From: Leptonemataceae bacterium
GTDB lineage: Bacteria; Spirochaetota; Leptospiria; Leptospirales; Leptonemataceae
DNA length: 64,000 nucleotides
Assembly: GCA_965227295.1 (NCBI GenBank)
Contig: OZ245742.1
Coordinates: 4,032,001 to 4,096,000 of the forward strand
Reading direction: 5' to 3'
The stretch's first letter is position 1, and the number at the start of each line of letters is the position of its first letter. Below are positions 9,721 through 20,125 of the stretch, in pieces. A program made the translations under genes and the position numbers. The notes under the pieces were generated by a model. The model did no database searches. It saw only the letters and a list, made by a program, of their open reading frames with translations, and had not been told where the DNA came from.

Positions 9721-11181
9721 ATGTCCCGCGCCCTGAAAAACCCGGAAATCGCCGATTCCGGAAAGAATCTTTCAAATGCCGGCGAGGTCGTTGCCGATCG
9801 TGAAGCACGGCTCGGGCGGTTCTATGTCGAAACCTACGGCTGCCAGATGAACGAGTACGACTCGGGCCTGGTGCGCTCGATCCTGGGGGACGGCGGCTTC
9901 AGCCGCGCGGATTCGCCGGAAGACGCCGGCATCATCCTGCTCAACACCTGCGCCATTCGCGAGAAAGCGCACGAGAAAATCTACAATCGCCTGGCGTCCC
10001 TGGGCCACTTGAAGCGCCGCGAGCCGCGCGTGGTGATCGGCGTGCTGGGTTGTATGGCGCAAAACCTGGGAGACGATTTGTTCGCCCAGGGCCTGCCCGT
10101 GGATTTTGTGATGGGGCCGGACAATTATCGGGAGCTGCCGGAGATCGTCGCGCGCATCCGTGGCGGTGTCGAAAGCAATTTGAACATCACCCAACTGTCG
10201 CGCACCGAAACCTACGATGACATCGATCCGTGCGTGGTCTCCGGCCGTCTCGCGTTCGTGACGATTATGCGCGGCTGTGATAACTTTTGTTCGTTCTGCG
10301 TGGTCCCGTACACTCGCGGCCGCGAACGCTCCCGGGATCCGGATACGATCGTGCGCGAGATCAACGGCCTCGTGCACGATCGGTGTGTGCGTGAGGTGAC
10401 GCTGCTCGGGCAGAACGTGAACTCGTATAAGTTCGGCGCCGACGAAGGCCGGGGGGATCGTGATGACGGCCTCGTACGCTTTAAGGATCTCGTGGAGCGC
10501 ATCCTGCGCGAAACGGAGATCGCGCGCATTCGGTTTACGTCGCCGCACCCCCACGATTTTCCGGAAGACCTGCTACAGTTAATGGCGGACGAACCGCGCT
10601 TCTGCCGGCACATTCATTTGCCCGTGCAGTCCGGCGCGTCGTCTACGCTCGAACGCATGAAGCGCGACTACAATCGCGAGGAATTCCTGGCGCTGGTGCG
10701 GCGCATCCGCGAATTGATGCCGGACGTCGGCCTGACCACGGACGTGATCGTCGGTTTCTCCGGCGAAACCGACGCCGAGTTCGAAGAGACGCTCTCGATT
10801 ATGCGCGAGGTGCGTTTCGACATGGCGTATATGTTTCATTATTCGGAGCGCACGCTAACGTACGCTCACAAGCGCTTACCGGACGACGTTCCACAAGAGG
10901 TAAAACTCGAACGCCTGCGCCGGCTGATCGAACTGCAAACGGAGATTGCCCGGGAGAACAACGTCTCGGCCATCGGCCAATCGTTCGAGGTGCTCATTGA
11001 GGGGCGCTCCAAACGTTCGGCGAAAGAGTTGATGGGTCGTAACGACGCGAATCGCACGATCGTGTTCCCGATTCCCGACGGCGCGGACGACGTGAACGCG
11101 CTGGATGATTGGATGGGGAGGCTCGTGACGGTGCGCGTCACCGAATCCACCGGCGCGACGCTGCGCGGCGAACTCATCTGA
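9721..11181 (+). CDS. miaB: tRNA-2-methylthio-N6-dimethylallyladenosine synthase MiaB
   Basis: [20 protein letters not shown] (UPF0004 domain); [10 protein letters not shown] radical-SAM motif; C-terminal TRAM domain. Confidence 0.95.
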   Translation: MSRALKNPEIADSGKNLSNAGEVVADREARLGRFYVETYGCQMNEYDSGLVRSILGDGGFSRADSPEDAGIILLNTCAIREKAHEKIYNRLASLGHLKRREPRVVIGVLGCMAQNLGDDLFAQGLPVDFVMGPDNYRELPEIVARIRGGVESNLNITQLSRTETYDDIDPCVVSGRLAFVTIMRGCDNFCSFCVVPYTRGRERSRDPDTIVREINGLVHDRCVREVTLLGQNVNSYKFGADEGRGDRDDGLVRFKDLVERILRETEIARIRFTSPHPHDFPEDLLQLMADEPRFCRHIHLPVQSGASSTLERMKRDYNREEFLALVRRIRELMPDVGLTTDVIVGFSGETDAEFEETLSIMREVRFDMAYMFHYSERTLTYAHKRLPDDVPQEVKLERLRRLIELQTEIARENNVSAIGQSFEVLIEGRSKRSAKELMGRNDANRTIVFPIPDGADDVNALDDWMGRLVTVRVTESTGATLRGELI

Positions 11182-11307
11182 AACCACGCCAGGACAGATT
11201 TCCCCGCCCCCGTTGCGCTCCGGTCAACCGAAAATGTCACACCCGGATGATAGAGTAAGCGGGGGGATTGTGCGACGAGTGAGCCGTTCAGACGCCTCTT
11301 CCGCGTG

Positions 11308-11420
11308 AGCGATTGGAAGGGTGCCGCGTAGCGGCAGTCCGAAGCGAAGCGCAGGACCGAAGCCGAAGGCGGAGCCCTGGAAAGCGCGACCCCGCGCTTG
11401 CGCGGGGGCACGCCCAAAAA
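11308..11420. repeat. Multi-hairpin REP-like intergenic repeat (GCGATTGGAAGGG family)
   Basis: Shares AGCGATTGGAAGGG..GCGT(T)AGCG..GTCCG..GCGAAGC..GGCGGAGC with 48439-48540; lies between convergent genes. Confidence 0.65.
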
Positions 11421-11427
11421 CCATCAT

Positions 11428-14400
11428 TCAATTCTCAGACGACTTTTTCTTTTTCGCGGCTCGCTGTTTTCTCGGCGCCTCGGTGGTTGCATCTTCTTCC
11501 TGTCCCTGCGCGCGCCCGATCAATCCCAGCACGCGTGCCTTGCCGAACATCCACAGGCGACCGAACGCTAACCTTGCATCAACGTTATTTAAGTAAAAAC
11601 ACGGAATTAGAAACAAAGAGATCTGCGTCGACAGGATGAGTCCCCAGGCGATGGCGAGCACCATGGGTTCGATGAAGGGATCCGAACCACCGACCCCGTA
11701 GGCCGTCGGCAGAAGACCGGTGACCGTGGTGATGGTGGTGATGATGATCGGCCGGAGGCGACGGGCCGCGCCGGCGACGACGTCCGGAATCAGTTCGTTG
11801 GCGCTGGTATAACCGCCGGCGGCTTCGCGATCGGCGCAGAGTTTGTTGATGAACTCCACCATCATGAGCGAGTTGTTTACGACGATGCCGGAGAGTCCGA
11901 TCACGCCGATGAGACCGAGAAACGAAAACGGTCGGTCGTGAAAGTAAAAGGCCCAGATGACGCCGATCAATCCGAACGGAATGGCCGAGAGTACGACCAG
12001 GGGCTGCGTCAATGAGTTAAAGAGCAGCGTGAGCACGAGATAGATCGCGACGAAGCCGCCGATGAAGGCGAACATCAGCGACGCCATGGACTCGGCTGTT
12101 TCTTCGGCCTCGCCGCCGTAGCTGAACGTGACGCCGGGATATTCCTGCGTTTCTTTCGTGTACTTCGCGAGGATCTGATCGATGACGCCCTGGGGCTGCG
12201 TGGCGATGCCGGTCTGTGCTTCGATGGTCGTGGTGACGTCGCCGTCCGTATGCTGGATCGCCGTCTCGGCGCGGATGCGAGAAAGTTTCGCGAAGGCGCG
12301 CACCGGAACGAGCTGGCCTTGCTGATTGCGAATGTCCAGGTCGAGGACGTTGCGTACCTCGCGGCGATGTTGCACCGGAAAACGCACGCGGATGTCGATC
12401 TCCTCGTTGTTGCGTACGATGGATGTCGAGTCGATGCCGTCGAAGGCGATGCGGAGCGTACTTGCCACATCCTGCACGGTCAGTCCGGCGGCGGCCAGGG
12501 TATCGTAGGTGATGTCGAGTTTGTACTCCTCGCGACCGAGCTCGGCGGAGGTCGTCACGTCGTAGACGCCGTCCATCGCTTTGAGATCGGCGACGATCTT
12601 GTTCACGAAGAGCGCGCGGTCTTCGTCGTTGTCGGAATGGACGCGGAGTTCGATGGGTTTGCCCGCGGGAGGACCGGGCTTCTGAAGTTCCGTGCGAATC
12701 TCTTTGGCGCCAGTGACGGTGCTCATGATTTTCTCGCGGGCTTCCTCCAGGATTACACCCGCTTCGCGTGAGCGTTCGGAGAACGGGACGAGCGTTACCT
12801 GTAGATACGCCAGGTTTTGTTCGCCGCCCACCGGAGCCGCCAGGTTGTTCGAGACGTCCGTGCCGATGCGCGCCGTGTAGTACTCCAGTTCTTCCGCGGG
12901 AATTTCATCGATGATCTTTTCGATCTGCACGATGACTTCTTCGGTGGCATCGAAGGTGGCCTCGTCCTCCAGCTCGACGTACACGAAAAACGTATCCGCC
13001 CCGTCCGCCGGAAAGAGGTTGAACGGCACCAGCTTCGCCGCGCCGTACAACGAACCGAACAACAACAAGACGGCGCCGAGCGAGGTCAGATAACGATGCC
13101 GGAGCGCGATGGGCAGCGAGGCGCGGTACGGAATGGCGATGCCGTCGAAGAGCCGGTCCTGCCAGGTGCGCTGCGGTTCCGATCCGGCGGCGCCTTCGTT
13201 CTCCCGCAGCGTATGCGTAAGGTGATTCGGCATGATCAAGAAGCCGTTAAACAAGGAGCCGATGAGCGAGGCGATGATGACGGCCGGAATCACGAAGATG
13301 AACTTGCCCATGGTTCCGCTCATGGCGAACATCGGCCCGAAGGCGAGCACCGTCGTAAGTACCGACGCGACGACGGGCATAATCACTTCGATCGTGCCCG
13401 ACAGGATGCCGTCGCGTTTCGAACGCCCTTCTTGAATATGGACGATGGAGTTTTCTGAAATTACGATGGATTGATCGACGATCATCCCGAGGGCGATGAT
13501 CATGGCCGCGAGACTGATCGCGTTGATGTCCACGCCCGCCGCGGGCATAATGATGAGCGTGATGGCGAAGGACGTCGGGATCGACAGGGCGATGAGGAAC
13601 GATGAGCGAAAATCCAGGAAGACGATGAGGATCACGACGACGAGAAAGAAACCGATCACCGCGTTTGAAGCCACGACGCTGATGCGGTTGCGCACGACCT
13701 TCGAGGAATCGTTCGCCGCGGAGAGACGGATGTTCTCCGGCAGGACCGTGCCTTTTTCGTCGAGGTACTCGTAGATGCGGTCTACCGTGCTGATGATGTC
13801 GGCGTTCGCCGATTTTTTTACGATCAGCAGGATTCCGCGCTTGCCGTCGAAGATCGTGCGCATCATTTCATCGCCGTAGCCTTCTTTGACCTCGGCCACG
13901 TCTTCCACGCGCACGTCGCCGCCGCCGAAGGCGGAGCGCACGATCACCTCCCGCACGTCTTCGATGGTTTCGAACTGCGACAGCGTGAGAATGTTGCGCT
14001 GCGTGCGATACGACTCTAAGTTTCCACCGGTGGCTCTTACGTTGCGGCTGTCCAGGGCGAACAGGATGTCGTTGAGGGCGATGTACTGTTGCTTGAGTTT
14101 CGCGGGATCCAGGTCCACGTGGAACTCGAGATCCCGGTACCCGTATTTGTCGATCTGCGATACGCCGCGGATGCGTTTGATGTCCCGCTCGACGAGCTTC
14201 GCCGTGCGCCGCAGTTCGCCGTAGTCCGCGTCCCCGGAAATCCCGACGACGAGGACGGGGATCTCCGATGACTTGAGATCGCGCACCTCCGGTCGACCGT
14301 CCACCTCCGCCGGCAGGTCCGACACCCTATCCACGGCGCGGCGGATCTCGTCTTTGACCTCGTCCTGATCCGGATAGTCGATGTCGATCTCCACCGTGAT

Positions 14401-14670
14401 CGACGACACGTTCTCCGCGGACACCGACTTGAAGTTATCGATGCCGGCGATGCCCTTGAGTTCGTCCTCGATGAGCCGGGTGACGTTCTGTTCCACGTCT
14501 TTGGGCGACGCGCCCGGGTAGCGCGTGGTGACGATCATGGTGCCCAGGTCCACCTCCGGGAACTCGTTCCGGTTGATGCTCAGGGCCGTGGAAAAGGCCA
14601 CGCCGAAGATGCCGATGAGCACGATGTTGACGAGGAGGGTGCGGTCCAGGAAGAACTCAATCAAACGCAT
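11428..14670 (-). CDS. RND (AcrB/AcrD/AcrF family) efflux transporter permease
   Basis: 1080 aa; YPGASPKDVEQNVT, two large periplasmic loops, GMIVD..IVISEN, RLRPIIITT. Confidence 0.93.
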   Translation of the reverse strand: MRLIEFFLDRTLLVNIVLIGIFGVAFSTALSINRNEFPEVDLGTMIVTTRYPGASPKDVEQNVTRLIEDELKGIAGIDNFKSVSAENVSSITVEIDIDYPDQDEVKDEIRRAVDRVSDLPAEVDGRPEVRDLKSSEIPVLVVGISGDADYGELRRTAKLVERDIKRIRGVSQIDKYGYRDLEFHVDLDPAKLKQQYIALNDILFALDSRNVRATGGNLESYRTQRNILTLSQFETIEDVREVIVRSAFGGGDVRVEDVAEVKEGYGDEMMRTIFDGKRGILLIVKKSANADIISTVDRIYEYLDEKGTVLPENIRLSAANDSSKVVRNRISVVASNAVIGFFLVVVILIVFLDFRSSFLIALSIPTSFAITLIIMPAAGVDINAISLAAMIIALGMIVDQSIVISENSIVHIQEGRSKRDGILSGTIEVIMPVVASVLTTVLAFGPMFAMSGTMGKFIFVIPAVIIASLIGSLFNGFLIMPNHLTHTLRENEGAAGSEPQRTWQDRLFDGIAIPYRASLPIALRHRYLTSLGAVLLLFGSLYGAAKLVPFNLFPADGADTFFVYVELEDEATFDATEEVIVQIEKIIDEIPAEELEYYTARIGTDVSNNLAAPVGGEQNLAYLQVTLVPFSERSREAGVILEEAREKIMSTVTGAKEIRTELQKPGPPAGKPIELRVHSDNDEDRALFVNKIVADLKAMDGVYDVTTSAELGREEYKLDITYDTLAAAGLTVQDVASTLRIAFDGIDSTSIVRNNEEIDIRVRFPVQHRREVRNVLDLDIRNQQGQLVPVRAFAKLSRIRAETAIQHTDGDVTTTIEAQTGIATQPQGVIDQILAKYTKETQEYPGVTFSYGGEAEETAESMASLMFAFIGGFVAIYLVLTLLFNSLTQPLVVLSAIPFGLIGVIWAFYFHDRPFSFLGLIGVIGLSGIVVNNSLMMVEFINKLCADREAAGGYTSANELIPDVVAGAARRLRPIIITTITTVTGLLPTAYGVGGSDPFIEPMVLAIAWGLILSTQISLFLIPCFYLNNVDARLAFGRLWMFGKARVLGLIGRAQGQEEDATTEAPRKQRAAKKKKSSEN

Positions 14671-14849
14671 TCATCAATGAATTGATCAGGGGACCGGATC
14701 GCAACCAAAAGACACACGTCGCCCATCCCCGTGGGTGGTTTTTGGTGGTGGGATGATACTGGTGCATGACCTACCGGAGGCGCCGCGCGGCGGCCGCCCT
14801 GGTGCGATTAGCTGAAAAATGCGCGGCGGTCAACGAAAAATGTCACACC

Positions 14850-15753
14850 TTTCTCACGGCAACGCAACGAACCGCAGCTCTTGAATTACCGGCACGCTCG
14901 GGTAGCTCGCACACGCCCCGGATCGTAGTGTAAGTGGCGGCCAGTGTACATTAAGACTTTTATGGGTCCGGCTGGTTCCAGCTGACGGGCGGAGGTCATG
15001 CCGGGGAATGTGGTAGGGCGGACCGGAACGGCGTCTTCCTCGCAGCATTCGCCAACGGGAGCTGACTCACAAACCGACGTCCGGTGTCGGCAAGGCCCCG
15101 CTTATTGGGGCCGCGGCAGTTGGTTCCCCACTGACGGACAGTCTTAACAAAACGAAAATCCACAACTCCCGCTCAGCTGTAGCAAAAAAAGTCCCTTCAA
15201 CATTGCGCAACTTACTTCGTGTTTCTCACGGCAACAGTCACGAACCGCAGTAGCGGGTAGTTCGCACACGCCCCGAATCGTGGTGTAAGTGGCGGCCAAC
15301 GTAAATTAAGCCTTTTGTGGGTACGGCTGGTTCCAGCTAACGTACGGAGGTCATGCCGGGGAATGTGGTAAGGCGCACCGGAACGGCGTCTTCGCCTTAA
15401 GAAACGCGACGGTAACTGAGCCGCAAACCGACGTCCGGGTCGAGACGGACAGTCTTAACAAAACGAAAATCCACAACTCCCGCTCAGCTGTAGCAAAAAA
15501 GTCCACTCCCCCATTTCACAACTTACTCCATGTTTCTCACGGCAACGCAACGAACCGCAGCTCTTGAATTACCGGCACGCTCGGGTAGCTCGCACACGCC
15601 CCGGATCGTAGTGTAAGTGGCGGCCAGTGTACATTAAGACTTTTATGGGTCCGGCTGGTTCCAGCTGACGGGCGGAGGTCATGCCGGGGAATGTGGTAGG
15701 GCGGACCGGAACGGCGTCGTCGCTTCGGAAAAGCCACCAGGCGAAGGCGCACT
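14850..15753. repeat. Tandem array of three ~310-370 bp structured non-coding units (candidate ncRNA or non-autonomous element)
   Basis: Units start at 14850, 15222 and 15533. 14850-15035 is identical to 15533-15718 (186 bp). A second ~61-bp block is shared at 15133-15194 and 15444-15504. One stem shows compensatory changes. Confidence 0.85.
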
Positions 15754-15836
15754 CCGGAGCACCGCTCCGGCTCCGAATCGTGAGACCCCAAACGATCCTT
15801 GACGCCGTCGCCCGCATCCCCACGCTATCCCCGCCC

Positions 15837-17018
15837 ATGCAACAACGCATCATAACAGTCATCATCCCGCTCATCTTAGTCGCGGCCCTCTCAACCTGCA
15901 AACCCGAACCCGCCAACGCCCAAAGCGAACGTTTCCCCGACCTGTTTCGCATCGAATGCGTCGGCAAAATCGAAGGCTGCGCCTGCTACACCGGCGCCAC
16001 CGGCAACGCCCGCAACAACGTCGCGTACCATGCCGAAGCCGCACGATCCACCGGCGCCGCGGAAAACGGCCGCGTCCCCATTGAACTCGAAACCCGGGGC
16101 GTAAGTTGCTGGTATCCCGAAACCGAATTGCGGCCCATGCCGTACGCTAAAGTCCCCGAATCGCCACTTAAGAAAATCGACCACACGCCGAAGTCCCTCG
16201 ATAAAATCGTGCCCGGCGCCACGGTGGAGTCGCTGAGTCAAAAACCGCATCGTTCGTTGGGCCGATTCTGGGCCACGTACTATCATCTCGCCGATGAACA
16301 CTATCATCCCGGCAAAGAGGTGGCCGTAAAAACGCCGGCGGGTTTGGAACTGGGGCGTGCTTCGGAAGATTTTCTCAAGCAGGTCACCTGGCAGGGCAGC
16401 GGCATCGCAAAGAACGGCCTGCGGCTGCACTACAGCGGATCGAACATGCGTTTCAACACCTACGCAAAAGACATGTGGGGCCACGGCGCCGGCTACGGCT
16501 ACCGTGTGTTCCCGTACCGAACGATCGCCGTTAACTTTCGTGGAGTGTGTGCTAAGATCTTCCCGAACAAAAAACGCTGCGGCAAAAAACAGGTGATCGG
16601 CAGTCTGGTGCGCATCCGCGAGGTGGCCGCGAAGAACATCGCAATGCCCGGCGGTACGATCCACGACGGATACTTCTGTGCCACGGATACCGGCAGCCCG
16701 CACTACATAAAGTCGGATCGCATCGATATCTTCGTCGGCGTACACGGCGGCGGCAATCCGTACCTGCCGCCGGAGCGCAGATCGAACGCGCTCATCGCCG
16801 GCGGCATTCGGAACCTGGTGCCGTCCGACTGGCGCCTCTGGAAAAACAAGAACGATCGCGTCTGGTGCGATGCGAACAAGCTTCCGACGGATCCCGCGCG
16901 GCCGAAGCCGGGGGACTGCACCTACGACTACCACGTCGTCGCGCAACAGAAGGCCCTGCACATCGACGTGGTCCTGGACGGCAAAGGCAATCCGATACGT
17001 TGTGCGAAACGGCCGTAA
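15837..17018 (+). CDS. Lipoprotein with a 3D (MltA-like Asp-Asp-Asp) domain
   Basis: Lipobox LVAALSTC; ATYYH, PYRTIAVN, HDGYFCATDTG, RIDIFVG motifs. Confidence 0.7.
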   Translation: MQQRIITVIIPLILVAALSTCKPEPANAQSERFPDLFRIECVGKIEGCACYTGATGNARNNVAYHAEAARSTGAAENGRVPIELETRGVSCWYPETELRPMPYAKVPESPLKKIDHTPKSLDKIVPGATVESLSQKPHRSLGRFWATYYHLADEHYHPGKEVAVKTPAGLELGRASEDFLKQVTWQGSGIAKNGLRLHYSGSNMRFNTYAKDMWGHGAGYGYRVFPYRTIAVNFRGVCAKIFPNKKRCGKKQVIGSLVRIREVAAKNIAMPGGTIHDGYFCATDTGSPHYIKSDRIDIFVGVHGGGNPYLPPERRSNALIAGGIRNLVPSDWRLWKNKNDRVWCDANKLPTDPARPKPGDCTYDYHVVAQQKALHIDVVLDGKGNPIRCAKRP

Positions 17019-17146
17019 GATAGTTTCGTTTCCGACCAATCCCCCGGCGCGAATTTCCTGATCTTCGCGAAAGCACTTTACAACCGTCCCGGCGCGGAAA
17101 ATCCTATGGGCGAAGGTCGCCGCGCCGCCGATACAGAACCACAGGC

Positions 17147-18958
17147 ATGAACGCTCATCCGCACATACTCCGTAATCTCACGCTGCGCCTGGAAAGCTTC
17201 GCCGTATTCATTCCGATTCCCTTTGCGTTCTACATGGTCTTCGTCGGCAGCAACGCCGACATCGGTCGCCTGCTGCCGCACGGCATCATCTCCGGCAGTG
17301 TTCTCGCCGTTATGATTCTCGGAAGCTGGATCGTGCGCTACCTCATCCTGCGGCCGTTCTTTGCGTTCCTCGACGCGCCACAGAGTTTTTCCGGAAACGA
17401 TGCGGAGCGCGAGCACCTCATCCTGGATATCAAGCGGCGCCTCCTGGGCCTGCCGCGCATCGAGGCCGGCCTGGTCGGGCTGCGCTGGGTGGTCGGCGGC
17501 ATCGCGGCCCTGGGCCTGGGGCAACTCTTTCTCGGTCTCAAGTCCCTGGAGATCGCCGCGACGCTGGGCGGTATCCTCATCGTAACGCCGGTGACCATGG
17601 TGGGTTACTTTTATCTGACCGAAAACTACGTGGCGTCCGTGTTGAGCGAGGAGGATGTGGCTCGCGTCCTGTTGCCGGAAGAATCGCGCCGGGCCGTCGG
17701 CTTTCGCTGGAGATTTCTCGCAACCATCGGTTCCGTCGTGCTCATGCCGCTCGGGGTCTTCGGTTATCTACTGATGATGATCGCCTGGAGTTACATCGAA
17801 ATCCAGCTCGTGTTGTTTCACGTCATCGCCCTCATTCTGCTGTTCGTTGTTACGGTGACGGTGGTTTCGGGAGTGGCGGCCGCTTCGTTTCTACGCACGG
17901 TGGCGTCCATGCAGGACACGGCGCGCAACCTGGCCGCCGGTGACTTTCGCGGCATCGTCCCCCAGCTTTCCACCGACGAACTGGGGGAGACCACGATCTA
18001 CTTTAATCAGATCGTCCAGGCGGTTTCCAACGTGCTGCGTTCCATCCGTGCCGAGGCCGCGCACATGACCGAGGTCTCGCGACGCCTGGCGAACGGCAGT
18101 CGCGGCCTTACGACGAACACGCAGGAGCAGGCCTCATCTTCCGAAGAGATCTCCGCGGCGCTGGAGCAAATGGCGGCGAGCGGCGAGAACGTTACGAAGA
18201 ATGCCCGGGAGCAAAGCGACGAGGCGCGCCAGGCGGATCAGGAGATCGACGAGTTTCACAGTCAACTGGAAACCGTTCATCGCAACGCCGGCCAGGCCGC
18301 CGAGCGTGCGGAGATGTCCTATCAGAAAGCTGCCGAGGGCGAGGAATACCTGGAAGCCACCGTGCAAACGATGCAGGAGATCTCACAAAACACCGATCGC
18401 ATCGTGGAGGCGATGCAGTTGATCAACGAGGTCGCCGATCGCGTGAATTTGCTCTCGCTCAACGCCTCCATCGAGGCCGCGCGGGCCGGCGAGTACGGTC
18501 GCGGATTCGCGGTGGTCGCCGACGAAGTCTCACGCCTGGCCGATCGTACCCAGGAGCACGGGCAGACGATTCTGGAACTCGTCAATCACGCGGTGGAGCG
18601 TTCGCGGGAAGGCATGCAGTCCATCCAGGAGACCTCGCGGGTCTTTCAGGAAATCATTCGCAGTACGCGCGAGAACAAGAATCTCATCGACGGCATTACG
18701 AAAGAGATCGACGGCAACTTCAAGACCAGCGACTCCGTGCGCACGAAGTTTGCAAAAGTACAGAAGATGTCCTCCGATACCTCGAACGCCCTCGACGAAC
18801 AGTCCCGCACGAACCGCGAGTTGACGGAGGGGCTGCATCGCATCAGCATTGCCACGACGGCCATCACCGAAGCCGCCGAAGAAGTGGCCCGACTCTCCGG
18901 CGACCTGGCCGATCGGGCGTCGCAGTTGGACTCGGACATTCAGTTTTTCAAGGTCTGA
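17147..18958 (+). CDS. Methyl-accepting chemotaxis protein
   Basis: Multi-TM N-terminus, HAMP domain (DELGET..YFNQIV), signalling tip [32 protein letters not shown]. Confidence 0.96.
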   Translation: MNAHPHILRNLTLRLESFAVFIPIPFAFYMVFVGSNADIGRLLPHGIISGSVLAVMILGSWIVRYLILRPFFAFLDAPQSFSGNDAEREHLILDIKRRLLGLPRIEAGLVGLRWVVGGIAALGLGQLFLGLKSLEIAATLGGILIVTPVTMVGYFYLTENYVASVLSEEDVARVLLPEESRRAVGFRWRFLATIGSVVLMPLGVFGYLLMMIAWSYIEIQLVLFHVIALILLFVVTVTVVSGVAAASFLRTVASMQDTARNLAAGDFRGIVPQLSTDELGETTIYFNQIVQAVSNVLRSIRAEAAHMTEVSRRLANGSRGLTTNTQEQASSSEEISAALEQMAASGENVTKNAREQSDEARQADQEIDEFHSQLETVHRNAGQAAERAEMSYQKAAEGEEYLEATVQTMQEISQNTDRIVEAMQLINEVADRVNLLSLNASIEAARAGEYGRGFAVVADEVSRLADRTQEHGQTILELVNHAVERSREGMQSIQETSRVFQEIIRSTRENKNLIDGITKEIDGNFKTSDSVRTKFAKVQKMSSDTSNALDEQSRTNRELTEGLHRISIATTAITEAAEEVARLSGDLADRASQLDSDIQFFKV

Positions 18959-19014
18959 GCGCGGACTGCGGGTTAAAAACGTAACCATTCATTTCCGGGG
19001 GCGTCTCATCGGCA

Positions 19015-20085
19015 ATGTCCGCAAGTCCCGTCGCCACATCCGAACAAGAAAATCTCCGGTCCCTGCTTCAAGAATTCTACGGCCGGCAAATCTCAAAGAC
19101 CGCCGATCTCGAAACCAACGCCTGCTGCGATGTCAACACCATGCAGTTGCATCGCGAAGCAGTGGCTCTCATTCCAGGGCGCGCCACCGAGAGGTACTAC
19201 GGCTGCGGCAGTCCGTTGCCGGACGACCTGGCCACGTTGAACGGGCTCACCGCGGTGGACCTGGGATCCGGCGCCGGCGTGGACTCCATGATCCTGCGTT
19301 ACTATCTCGGTGAGAGCGGTACGATGATCGGCCTGGACATGACCGACGAACAGCTTGCCGTCGCGCGCGACGCCGGCCGGGAGTTTCTGGAGCGCCTGGG
19401 CTATCCCGCGGACTCCCTGCGTTTCGAAAAAGACTTCATCGAAACGGCGGACAGCATTCCGGACGCCTCGGTGGATCTTGTCATTTCGAACTGCGTCATC
19501 AACCTTTCGCCGCGCAAGGACCTGGTCTACGAAACGATTCAGCGCATTCTGAAACCGAGCGGGGAGTTTTTCATCTCGGACATTGTCTCCGATCGCCGCG
19601 TCGACCTCGCGGACGATCCGGTGCTCGTCGCCGAGTGTCTGGGCCTGGCCCCGTACATCCACGATGCCCACGATACAATGGAGCGCGCCGGTTTCCCGGA
19701 CGTGCGGATCTACTCACAACGCGAGCTGCCGGAGAACGCACGTGTTGCAAAGCGCGGCGAGAACGCGAAGTTTTTCTCGGTGGTGTGGCGCGGCTATAAA
19801 CTGAACGATATGGACCGTCGCTGTGAGGACTACGGTCAGATCGCCACGTATCGTGGGAACCTGGCATCGTCTCCGGCGAAGTTCCGGTTGGATGAAGGCC
19901 ATCTCTTTGAAGCCGGTCGGCCCGTCACGGTCTGCCGCAACACGGCGCGCATGCTTTCGGAGACGCGTCTCGCCCCGTACTTCGACGTCAGCGCGCCCAT
20001 CAAACACTTCGGTTTGTATCAGGACTGCGCCACCCCGGCGGCCCGGAGCGAAAGCACGAATACCTTTGCCGGCGGATGTTGTTGA
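19015..20085 (+). CDS. arsM: SAM-dependent methyltransferase, arsenite methyltransferase (ArsM/AS3MT)-like
   Basis: NACC, YYGCG, VDLGSGAG, VISNCVINL, AECL and terminal GGCC cysteine pattern. Confidence 0.75.
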   Translation: MSASPVATSEQENLRSLLQEFYGRQISKTADLETNACCDVNTMQLHREAVALIPGRATERYYGCGSPLPDDLATLNGLTAVDLGSGAGVDSMILRYYLGESGTMIGLDMTDEQLAVARDAGREFLERLGYPADSLRFEKDFIETADSIPDASVDLVISNCVINLSPRKDLVYETIQRILKPSGEFFISDIVSDRRVDLADDPVLVAECLGLAPYIHDAHDTMERAGFPDVRIYSQRELPENARVAKRGENAKFFSVVWRGYKLNDMDRRCEDYGQIATYRGNLASSPAKFRLDEGHLFEAGRPVTVCRNTARMLSETRLAPYFDVSAPIKHFGLYQDCATPAARSESTNTFAGGCC

Positions 20086-20125
20086 TACCATTGATCAAGA
20101 AACGCTCTTTGCTAAATTTGTCCGC

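Noticed and set aside
14850..15753. CRISPR array, or DGR/retron interpretation of the tandem repeats
   Set aside because: Constant blocks are 60-190 bp, not 25-45 bp repeats with regular spacers. No cas gene or reverse transcriptase is in the window, and differences are not confined to adenines.
14854..15791. Minus-strand ORFs 14854..15048 and 15537..15791 as duplicated small proteins
   Set aside because: They exist because of the repeat. Unit 2 shows mostly non-synonymous changes and an altered end, and start contexts differ between units.
15681..15836. N-terminal extension of the 3D-domain ORF
   Set aside because: It is read-through from the repeat array; the signal peptide and lipobox begin at ATG 15837.
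17105..17135. Sigma28 promoter before the MCP gene
   Set aside because: GCCGATAC matches the -10 element, but no TAAA-like -35 lies at the right spacing; too weak to call.
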